A stretch of 64,000 bases of DNA. Source: an uncultured delta proteobacterium. Lineage in GTDB: Bacteria; Desulfobacterota; Desulfobacteria; Desulfobacterales; QNYZ01. The position numbers and the translations under genes are program-made. The stretch's first letter is position 1; every line of letters begins with the position of its first letter. The stretch is taken from assembly GCA_963845145.1 (NCBI GenBank), contig CAWJQU010000016.1:1-64000 (forward strand), written 5' to 3'. Below are positions 18,642 through 27,305 of this stretch, one piece after another. The notes under the pieces are model-generated. The model was given only the letters and a program-made list of their open reading frames with translations, made no database searches and was not told the DNA's origin.

Positions 18642-20090
18642 CTACTTTGGCGAGGTTATTTTTGCTTGAATGGTACCCAAAGGATTGCCGAATGTAAATC
18701 CGAACAGCTGCGGATTTTCTCCGATAACGGCCGCCGAAAAAATATAAAAAACATAGTCATAGGTTTGCTTAGGGATTTTCTTTTTGTATTTCAGCAACAG
18801 ATTCCAAAAGTTTCGTTCGCGCGGGTTTTCAGGAATTGTCCGGATCAACTTGATCACTCTGTTTTCGCCCCAATTATAGGATGCCATGACGAGCAGCCCT
18901 GAAGCTTGAGCGTCCGTATCATATATATCTCGTAGATATTTAGCTGCTGCCAGCGTGGCTTTTTCCGGGTTATGTCGATCATCTTGCGGGTCGGGTTGAT
19001 TCTGTTTGACCAACGGACCGGTTTTTAATCCGTATCTTCGGGCTGTGTCCGGAATAAATTGCCACATACCCTTGGCAATGCCCCAACGGGTTTTCGGCCC
19101 GACGGCATTTTTATTAAAATTACTCTCCTGAAGTGCGAGGTAAAAAAATTCAGGCGGTAAATCATATGCGGACAATGTTTGACCGATAGTGTCGATATAT
19201 CCATTTTTTTTGGCTCGCGCGATCGCTCTAGCCATGCGCTGGCTTGATTTCCACTTGCCCACATACTTTAATACTTCTTTGGCAAAATCAGGCGGTACAT
19301 CGATTTCGCATTCTCCAAAAATTCTTGCCGTCTGTAGAATGAGCCGCTCCTGGGGGCTGATGTCTTTTTTGTAAACTTTAAGGGTATTGATAAATTGATC
19401 GTAATTTTTTTCCATTTCCCGGCGCTTGGTCTTATACTGGTCGACTTTTTTAATGATTTTTTTGTCTTTAGTTTCCCGGGCAATCCGCAATAACTCTGAA
19501 AATTCCAGCTCCATGGCTTTCATATTGTAAAAAATATCTTTCGCCAGTTTGCGGTGTTTCTTGAGTTGATAGTGCTTTACTGTGGCAACGCTCCCCACCC
19601 CGATAAGCAGGCAGACGATAATACCGATAATAGTAAAATATTTTCCTTTTTGTTTTTTTTGTACCTGGGAGAAAACTTGTCGAATCATCATGGTGTGCTC
19701 ACCGGCCTGAGCATCGTCTTTGCTATCAAAGTAATGATTACGGTAATAGGTGAGTGATTGAGGGTCGGGCTCGGTTGACGATGGGAGGGTTTCTTCTTCG
19801 AGGGAGAGTAAAAGCAAGGGACCATCTGGGCCGAGCTGAATACGAGCGCTATTCGTTAACGGTTCCTGGTGGATTCGTTTACCGTCGATGTAGGTTCCAT
19901 TGGCACTTACTAAATCCTTTATCCACCATTGATCACCGATAAATAGAATTTCCACATGCTGCCGGCTGACGATACTATCGTGCAGCTTTACCTGGCAAGT
20001 GCTTCCCCGTCCGATACGAAATGCTTCGGAAAAAGAATAATCTACCTGGTCTGAATTACCTTTATCAATATGGACATGGACTTTGTTCAT
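18642..20090 (-). CDS. FHA domain + TM + lytic transglycosylase (SLT, MltD-like)
   Basis: IGRG..VSRQHVEI..SANGTYIDG; TM helix; LALQESNF..AKGMWQFIPDTARRYGL..AAAKYL..ASYNWGE. Confidence 0.9.
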   Translation of the reverse strand: MNKVHVHIDKGNSDQVDYSFSEAFRIGRGSTCQVKLHDSIVSRQHVEILFIGDQWWIKDLVSANGTYIDGKRIHQEPLTNSARIQLGPDGPLLLLSLEEETLPSSTEPDPQSLTYYRNHYFDSKDDAQAGEHTMMIRQVFSQVQKKQKGKYFTIIGIIVCLLIGVGSVATVKHYQLKKHRKLAKDIFYNMKAMELEFSELLRIARETKDKKIIKKVDQYKTKRREMEKNYDQFINTLKVYKKDISPQERLILQTARIFGECEIDVPPDFAKEVLKYVGKWKSSQRMARAIARAKKNGYIDTIGQTLSAYDLPPEFFYLALQESNFNKNAVGPKTRWGIAKGMWQFIPDTARRYGLKTGPLVKQNQPDPQDDRHNPEKATLAAAKYLRDIYDTDAQASGLLVMASYNWGENRVIKLIRTIPENPRERNFWNLLLKYKKKIPKQTYDYVFYIFSAAVIGENPQLFGFTFGNPLGTIQAKITSPK

Positions 20091-20368
20091 CTCAAAAGGC
20101 CTTTGGGCTAGCAGGTTTTAAACGTTTTTCCCCAGCGTGAGTAGAGGCTATTTCTACCTGGGGTCAAGGGATCTACCATAATTGTATCAAATATTTGGTG
20201 CGTGCCAGAATAGCGTAAATCCAATATCTGGTCAATCAATTGATCGCAAGGCCTGTTATATTAACGGAAGCCGGTTGACATATTTTGGTTGAGTTAGGTA
20301 AAGAATGAACTATTCACCCCTTTTTAATCGTTTGTAGCGTTATCCGTTATCAATATAGGGCTTGCTTC

Positions 20369-21295
20369 GTGGAAAAGCCGAATAATTCATTTGATCCTTG
20401 TATGAATATTAGCATTTATGAAGCTCAATTGACCAATCAAAGCGGTGTTTCCATTGATTGGGATTTAGGGGTTATGCTGCCCGACAAGAAAAGACAACCT
20501 GTCTTTTTGCCTGGTAAGGCAAAATGTGTGATTTGCGGGCGGGGCATCGCGGATCTTGACTGGCGTTTGTACCAAACTTGTGATTTTTGGAAGTGTCGCG
20601 TTGAACATCGACGGCAACAGCGCACCCTGCAAACGAAAATAGACGTACACGAACGCCGACAACGGGAGAAGTTCGAAAAACAGGTTTTCCGGTTACGCAA
20701 CAAGGCGGCAAGTTTACTTGGGATCGGTAGGCCGGAGATTTTTGAGCCGGTGGTCGTTCCGGCCACTGAGCGGCCCCTGACGCCCCTTCCTCAAGAGCGG
20801 CGATCCGCACTATCCAACCATTTGAAGGGTTTGCTTAGCGAGACCCAAGCAAACCCGATTTTGGTACGAGATGACGGTCGCGGCGGAACGGTGCCGACGG
20901 ATATTCCCGATGTCAATGCCAATCCCCTTCCCATCATTCAGGTCGCTTGCGCGACATGCCGGGGGAGTTGCTGCAATAGCGGTGGCGATCGGGCATATTT
21001 GACTGGAGAGACGATTCTTAGTTATTGGAAAAGGTATACTGAACTTGAGCCCCACGAAATACGTGCTGCGTTCCTGGCGTATACCGCTGAAGACACGGTT
21101 GAGGACTCCTGCATTTTTCACGGTATAAACGGCTGTTGCCTGCCACGTGAGGCGCGTTCCGCCACCTGCAACGAGTTCAAGTGTGCTGATTTGAACCGAT
21201 TACCCCAAAAGCTATCAGGGCCAGGACCCCATCCGGTCTTTCTGATGGCAGTGAGAAAGACCCAGGCGGTTCGATACGCCTTTGTATGCGTTTAG
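20369..21295 (+). CDS. Cys-rich hypothetical protein (CxxCxxxCC cluster, YkgJ-like metal-binding)
   Basis: CVICG, CDFWKC, CATCRGSCC, CIFHGINGCCL..RSATCNEFKC; start uncertain. Confidence 0.65.
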   Translation: MEKPNNSFDPCMNISIYEAQLTNQSGVSIDWDLGVMLPDKKRQPVFLPGKAKCVICGRGIADLDWRLYQTCDFWKCRVEHRRQQRTLQTKIDVHERRQREKFEKQVFRLRNKAASLLGIGRPEIFEPVVVPATERPLTPLPQERRSALSNHLKGLLSETQANPILVRDDGRGGTVPTDIPDVNANPLPIIQVACATCRGSCCNSGGDRAYLTGETILSYWKRYTELEPHEIRAAFLAYTAEDTVEDSCIFHGINGCCLPREARSATCNEFKCADLNRLPQKLSGPGPHPVFLMAVRKTQAVRYAFVCV

Positions 21296-21307
21296 CAAGG
21301 TGGTTGA

Positions 21308-22393
21308 TTAGGCGTTTCGTCCTATTGACCCTCTCGATATGGCACCGCCGCGTACTTCACCCGTTAAGCTTGCAACTGAACCGCGTACCTCCCCTGCAAA
21401 CCGTGCTGTTCCCCAGTCTGGGTGGGCGGAACCGGCACGAGTTGTAGGTGCCGAGGGTGCGACAGAGATCGGTCCAGTGGCCGCACCTAGTGTTTGCTCT
21501 GTCTGAAGTGCACGATTCAGGCCGTCCACAAGGGGCATAAGCTGACCCATATTTGACTGCATCTGCCGCATCAGCTCCTGGTTTTCCGGAGATCTAAAAC
21601 AAGGCGCCGCAAGAATCTCCTGGGCCCGTGCCTCTGTGATTTGTATGCCGTCTGCGGCCAAATCAGCACGAAATGCGGTGGCCCGTTCGGCGCTGCCGCG
21701 CGCTGCCATTCCAGGGCCCCGTAAGAGGAGAGATGTAGCGAGGGCTTTACCGATAATGCTTAGAAATATTGAGAGACTGATTTCAGGGGCACGCCCGATT
21801 CCACCAATGCATTTACCTAGAAAGTTGGCGACATCATTAGCATCCACACCTCTTGCGCCGCTGACCACCGTTTCCCATCCAAGAGAACGTACCAAAAGCC
21901 ATGAGAGCTGAGGACAACGGTTGGCGAAAATGCGTATCCCTTCAATGGTAGGAAGAATAAATGTCGAGGCGCGATTCACTTCGGAGCGGTGCGATGTATA
22001 AAAAAGCGTTAACCGCGTTAAAAATACGACGACCGAGGCAACAATGCCCACCGGGCCCGCTAAAGCGGATATAAATCCCATCAAGAATAAGGCCTCGGCT
22101 TCAGCGATGGGAAGCAGCCAAGCTGCTCGTCCAGCCCCAGTGGACATAGCCAGGGTGTAACGCTCTCTGACGAATTCCCCAACGGGCTGGCGGTAGATGA
22201 TGGCGTTTTCGGCGAAGATGGCATGACCACCAACGACGGTAATATACATTCGGCTACCACCCCATATTTGGCCGGGAGGAACATTGGTTCGATTACCAAA
22301 CTGGTCGGGATGGTGGAGCGCGTGGGCGCGAGGCATTAACTCAGCGGCCAATTGGACCGCATTGACGCCTCTGGCAAGCTCTTCCGTGGGCAT
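21308..22393 (-). CDS. Hypothetical protein with hydrophobic helices; candidate effector
   Basis: 361-aa ORF, RBS GGAG; segment ALFLMGFISALAGPVGIVASVVVFL; no signal peptide. Confidence 0.65.
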   Translation of the reverse strand: MPTEELARGVNAVQLAAELMPRAHALHHPDQFGNRTNVPPGQIWGGSRMYITVVGGHAIFAENAIIYRQPVGEFVRERYTLAMSTGAGRAAWLLPIAEAEALFLMGFISALAGPVGIVASVVVFLTRLTLFYTSHRSEVNRASTFILPTIEGIRIFANRCPQLSWLLVRSLGWETVVSGARGVDANDVANFLGKCIGGIGRAPEISLSIFLSIIGKALATSLLLRGPGMAARGSAERATAFRADLAADGIQITEARAQEILAAPCFRSPENQELMRQMQSNMGQLMPLVDGLNRALQTEQTLGAATGPISVAPSAPTTRAGSAHPDWGTARFAGEVRGSVASLTGEVRGGAISRGSIGRNA

Positions 22394-22900
22394 GACAGGG
22401 CTCCCTTCTTCAAAAGCAATCGATACAATTTGTGTTTAATAGCAAAATGATTAAAAACATATTGTATCTTGAAGTATCTGCTTCTTATTGTACATTAAAA
22501 AAGTCAAACATATTACACGTATAATCAACGACAATTGCGGAGTCAACGAGAAATGTTGCCAAAAAATGGCGAATACATGCCGTTTTTGGGTACCATTTTT
22601 GTTTGACGCACAATCACATTTTAGTTTACGTATCCTAATGTTCTCTTTATGGAGGTACGAGATTTCTCATGAGAATCCTGGCCTGGACAAGCCCCGACTT
22701 ACCGGTTTTCTAACGAATGCATCAGTGCGGCTGCCTTGCTGGCGGGGACACGCCGTCACGAGCACAACCACTCTGGGGGAGAAGTCATAAAGAAAACTGT
22801 TTAAAGGCCCGCCGCGCTTTAGAAATGGTGGCATTTCGGCGATACGGAACCAAGCATAAAAAATAATCCAGCTGCCACTTTCAATTGGTTATCAAACATT

Positions 22901-24250
22901 ATGAAGCGAAAATTACGAAGACGAAAAACAAGCCGTCCTCGCTCCTCGGAGTACGAGGCTTTGGAGGCTGCGCTGAACCTTCATCGTACCGGTCAATTAG
23001 TTGAAGCAAAGCAGGCATATGAGAAAGTGCTGCAGGATAACCCGGATTGCGTCGACGCTTTATATCTTCTGGGTGTGCTGTCGCATAGGATCGGAAAACC
23101 GGATAAAGCAATTACCATGATTTGTAAGGCGATTGAGCTGCGACCTGAGTTCCCTGAAGCTCAAAACGATCTGGGGAACATGTTGCACGAAGCAGGAAAA
23201 CTTGAAAAAGCCGCATCGGTCTTCCGTAAACTCATACAGTTCAAGCCGCAGCATGCAGATGCTTACAACAATCTGGGTGTGGTTTTAAAGGATCAAGGAA
23301 AGCACGCAGAAGCGGTTACTGCCTTTAAAAAAGCGATCGAATTGAACCCAAAAAACGCCGGCCAACACTACAACCTTGGCAACACCCTGAAAAAATTAGA
23401 CCGATTAGACGAGGCCGTTGAGGCATTCCGCTGTTCCATTGAGCTGGAACCGAAGCACATCAACGCACATCAAGGTATGGCCGGTACGTTGCGCAGGGCA
23501 GGAAGGTTACAAGAAGCCCAAGAGGCTTTCCGGCATTGGCTGCGGGAAGATCCCGAAAATTCGATCGCCCGACACATGCTAAATGCTTGTTCGGAGGAAA
23601 AGCCACCGCCGCGGGCATCCAACGAGTACGTGCGTCAGGTCTTCGATCGCTTTGCCAGCACTTTCGACGAGGACTTGCGGGAACTAGGTTATAAGGGGCC
23701 CCAGGTGTTGGCGGCCGCGATAACTGAAGAATTGGGCCATACAGAAAAATCACTCGACATATTAGACGCCGGTTGCGGCACCGGATTATGTGGCCCGCTG
23801 CTGCGACGCTATGCCCGCACACTGGTGGGCGTTGATCTGTCACCCGCCATGCTGGATAGGGCACGACGCTTGAACGTATACGATGAACTGGTGACCGCTG
23901 AATTGACCACTTACCTTAATGATGTTGATGCGACATTTGATCTGATTGCATCGACTGACACGATGAATTATTTCGGCGTTTTGGAGCCCGTGTTGGTGGC
24001 GGTGGCTGGTGCGTTGCGAGACGGTGGCGCTGTGGTTTTCACCTGTGAAGAAGATGCAAGCGAACATTCACAATTCGGCTATCGTCTGAGTCACCACGGT
24101 CGATACTGCCATACAATAGATTATCTGAAGAAGTGTTTGGCCGAAGCTGGATTGACCATTCACGGGATCACATCAGCCGTTCTTCGACTGGAAGATAGCC
24201 TGCCTGTAGAAGGTGTTGTCGTGCGGGCGCGGAAAGGCGCTACTCGCTAA
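22901..24250 (+). CDS. TPR-repeat class I SAM-dependent methyltransferase
   Basis: About six TPRs (AYNNLGVVL etc.); YVRQVFDRFA..FD; ILDAGCGTG; GVDLSPAML; GRYCH. Confidence 0.9.
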   Translation: MKRKLRRRKTSRPRSSEYEALEAALNLHRTGQLVEAKQAYEKVLQDNPDCVDALYLLGVLSHRIGKPDKAITMICKAIELRPEFPEAQNDLGNMLHEAGKLEKAASVFRKLIQFKPQHADAYNNLGVVLKDQGKHAEAVTAFKKAIELNPKNAGQHYNLGNTLKKLDRLDEAVEAFRCSIELEPKHINAHQGMAGTLRRAGRLQEAQEAFRHWLREDPENSIARHMLNACSEEKPPPRASNEYVRQVFDRFASTFDEDLRELGYKGPQVLAAAITEELGHTEKSLDILDAGCGTGLCGPLLRRYARTLVGVDLSPAMLDRARRLNVYDELVTAELTTYLNDVDATFDLIASTDTMNYFGVLEPVLVAVAGALRDGGAVVFTCEEDASEHSQFGYRLSHHGRYCHTIDYLKKCLAEAGLTIHGITSAVLRLEDSLPVEGVVVRARKGATR

Positions 24251-24370
24251 GCTTACGCTATCCTGTTTTTCTAATGGTAACAACCGACTGTGTTCGCCGG
24301 AGAGTTCGGGTCGGAAAGAAATACGACACGCACAGCCTACAGGCTGAGAGTGGTTACATGCGCATAGGCA

Positions 24371-25471
24371 TCACAACTTTGGGACAAGGATTGTTCCCAT
24401 ATTGGCAGGAACCCCAATCTTGATATTGTTTTTACATACTTTCTCCGCGAGTTCCTTAAAGTGCTTTGGTAAAGGCGAGTTTTTTAGTTGAACTTCCCAT
24501 GCCGTCCTTTTATTTGGATCGGCAAGAAGTAGGTTGTATATAGCTCTATAATATTTTTGGCATAGTTTGGCGTGATGCGCATTAACAAAAAAATTATCCC
24601 AACGATAAGTATATCCTAGTCTGTTCTTGATCCTATCTAAGCGCGTAGCTGAATCACCTTTCTTTACTGATTTTTTGTTTGTAGCTACCCACTTTCCCCC
24701 TTTTTTTTCTACGTCGTAGTAATCTCGGGCAAAACGTTTAAGGACACTGGTTTTTCTAATCGGGCATTTTAGATTTATTTTACAATATGCGTCTAGTAAT
24801 GCTTTATCCGAGAGTGCTTTTGGAATTTTGTGTGGGACTCCACACTGATCGAGGAAACGACCTCCAATTATTAATCCCACTTCGCCGATGGGGAATTGTG
24901 AGTCGTTTAGGTGCTGTACCGCAGAACCGTGGGTTCCGGGAAGCGGGAGATAGCACTCCCCCTTACTTCGACCAGGCAATGTTAACCGCTGCAAACCAAA
25001 AAACGTTTTACTTGACTCGTTCTTCATTGCCACACAATAAAATCTTTTAACGTTTTTGTCTATCTTATGTTTCTCTCCTGCTGCCTCCGTTCTGCTGACG
25101 GGATCGTATGCCAAAATATTAATCTCATCGGGTGATTTCCACCCTCTATGCTTCTTCCAATCACCCTCTTTGATTTTGTCGGATAAATATTTAGAGAATC
25201 CGCCTTTATTCATATTGTTTAATTCTCCAGCAATTATTATACATTCGATAGCACCACGGCTATGGCCTATTAGATTTAATATTTTTGGCTTTTTACTCCA
25301 AATTTCCTCCATTGCTTGTTTAACCTTATTTTTAACGTTGGTTCCTGCAGTGTTGGGACCATTTACGCGGTATTTACTTCCTTTAATGTATTGGAAAAGT
25401 TTGTTTAAAACATAATAGTCATGTTTGTCTGATTTTCCTGTTCCCAGGAGAATGACAGTTAAATTGGACAT
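24371..25471 (-). CDS. Alpha/beta-hydrolase (GxSxG) lipase-like protein; candidate Tle-type effector
   Basis: LIGHSRGA, AYDPV, LPGTHG; start ATG 25471 with RBS AAGGAG; AT-rich; no signal peptide. Confidence 0.65.
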   Translation of the reverse strand: MSNLTVILLGTGKSDKHDYYVLNKLFQYIKGSKYRVNGPNTAGTNVKNKVKQAMEEIWSKKPKILNLIGHSRGAIECIIIAGELNNMNKGGFSKYLSDKIKEGDWKKHRGWKSPDEINILAYDPVSRTEAAGEKHKIDKNVKRFYCVAMKNESSKTFFGLQRLTLPGRSKGECYLPLPGTHGSAVQHLNDSQFPIGEVGLIIGGRFLDQCGVPHKIPKALSDKALLDAYCKINLKCPIRKTSVLKRFARDYYDVEKKGGKWVATNKKSVKKGDSATRLDRIKNRLGYTYRWDNFFVNAHHAKLCQKYYRAIYNLLLADPNKRTAWEVQLKNSPLPKHFKELAEKVCKNNIKIGVPANMGTILVPKL

Positions 25472-25617
25472 CTGGCTACTCCTTTTATGATTAAAATAAG
25501 ACGGGTTTATGCCATTCAATCATTTTGGTATTTGGCGTATACATTGTCGATGCATCAATTCCGTAGGCTCCCAATATTTCCAGATCAATTCGAAATTAAT
25601 CCGTTTCGCCAAAGTCA

Positions 25618-26322
25618 CTATACCACTGCAATTCGTTCGATCTTCGATTTTCTAAGACGTGTTCCCACACATATGTCGAACTGGTCGTACATGAGCAACT
25701 CCGGAATGGCGTAATTATATTTCAATCCGAGGTTATGACCAATCTCGTGGGCAACGACCCATTCGAAAGAAGCGCCAAGGGTATCCTCTACCATGCAATT
25801 GGTTTTCTCGTTTTTTGACACAGCGATTTCGGCGACACCATCCGTGTCATTGAATTTCATGGTCTTCTGGCATTCCCAGACAAAAAACACATTGATTTAC
25901 GCTTTGTAATTTCTATTAGTGACGAGCAGAGAGAATCTATCCCTGGATGGATTCTTCTGGTCGCGCACGACCATTTTTTTTAAATTTGCGTTGATTTTAA
26001 GCTCGCGATCAGCAACCATTTGGAACCTGACATTTGCATGGGGTAAATAGATGCTATTAATATTGTTTAACAGGAGGCCAGCTGTCTACGGAGATCTCCG
26101 AATTTTGTGGTCGGCGGTGTCGGAAACATAATTAAAGGCTATATTCACAACGCGTTGCGGCACCACTTGGACCACTAACTGGGTGTCCGTTCTGGCCCCT
26201 TCTTGGCCCAGATGACAGTTTTGCCCTTTTTCAGACCCTTTATGATAAATTTACGAGTGGAAGCACGCAATCCTCCTCTTGTTGTTTCCTTCAATTCAAT
26301 GCCTGTTACCTCTTTTGGCCAT
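25618..26322 (-). pseudogene. Degraded zinc metallopeptidase (metzincin-like)
   Basis: AHEIGHNLGL motif; upstream coding-like frame broken by TAA (25897), TAG (26086) and a frameshift near 26197. Confidence 0.7.
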
Positions 26323-26328
26323 CAGCAC

Positions 26329-26973
26329 TCAGCGGATTTGCGGCACATTGATCTTTTGTGGCTGGAGGCCGGCGCGCAGTTTCGCAGGGGTGTGGCTAAC
26401 CTTTCGGTTTCCATCGTTCAACAAGTGGCCGATTGCACCAGGTAATTCAGATAACGCGCCACTTGGTTTGCCTGTTTTCGGGTCTCCAGGATTGTGTAGA
26501 TCAATGTGTACATTGATCACCCCAGGTGGTTTATGCTTACCGCGGAAGTGAAGCTGCGCCCCTCTGAAGCGGCTGCGCACGCCCCACAGATCGTTTTCCC
26601 AATTGGCAAGCCACCACTCGCCGAACCCGTGGTTGAGAAGGTAGCGGTGGAAGGTTGCCTGTCCTTGTCTGGCGTAAAACAGCATTTCTCCATGTTCACC
26701 GGCCCAGTAGACGGATTTAACGTGAGTCCAAAGGCCGTCTCGGTCCATCTTAGATTTGACGCACAGTAGAGAATTGCGTTCCGCGGATGTGAATTCATGG
26801 TTCCAGCGGTACTCAGGGTAGACCTGCTGCAGTGAAATGTTCTTGCCTGTGTAATACCGTTTGTGCCATTGTTCCAACTTACCGCGTGCCCATCCGAACC
26901 GACGCGATTCTATAAGGACCTGCGAAAGTTCCTGTTGCAATTTCTTCCCGAGTTCACGCCATGGATTAGCCAT
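26329..26973 (-). CDS. Hypothetical His/Trp-rich protein; candidate toxin
   Basis: 214-aa ORF with RBS GAGGAAGG; motif QLHFR...VHIDLHNPG...IGHL. Confidence 0.65.
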   Translation of the reverse strand: MANPWRELGKKLQQELSQVLIESRRFGWARGKLEQWHKRYYTGKNISLQQVYPEYRWNHEFTSAERNSLLCVKSKMDRDGLWTHVKSVYWAGEHGEMLFYARQGQATFHRYLLNHGFGEWWLANWENDLWGVRSRFRGAQLHFRGKHKPPGVINVHIDLHNPGDPKTGKPSGALSELPGAIGHLLNDGNRKVSHTPAKLRAGLQPQKINVPQIR

Positions 26974-27159
26974 ATGAATCCTTCCTCATTATGTTAATTG
27001 TCGAAGTGGTTGGCAGGCTCAACTTTTTTTTGAGGCGTGCAATCCGTGTGCAACAGTCAAACCCGATGAGGCCTCGGTAACTCAACATCATTTTTACCTT
27101 AATACGCGCCATACCTCTTACCCAAGTCTGCTTACAAGGTAAGATTTTGGTGTATTAGC

Positions 27160-27188
27160 TTGATATAATAGAGGAAGATATATACAAT
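27160..27188 (+). promoter_or_regulatory. Putative sigma70 promoter of the methyltransferase gene
   Basis: TTGATA-17 bp-TACAAT. Confidence 0.45.
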
Positions 27189-27305
27189 AGCATACACTAT
27201 ATCAATACAATGTAAAAACAAAAAATATACCAAGTTTACAGATCCAGCGTACAATTATCTGTCAAACATGAATGATCTCTTTGCCGAGAGAAAAATAATT
27301 ACACC

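Noticed and set aside
22488..22790. 100-aa ORF or a riboswitch upstream of the TPR-methyltransferase
   Set aside because: No recognisable protein motif or riboswitch consensus
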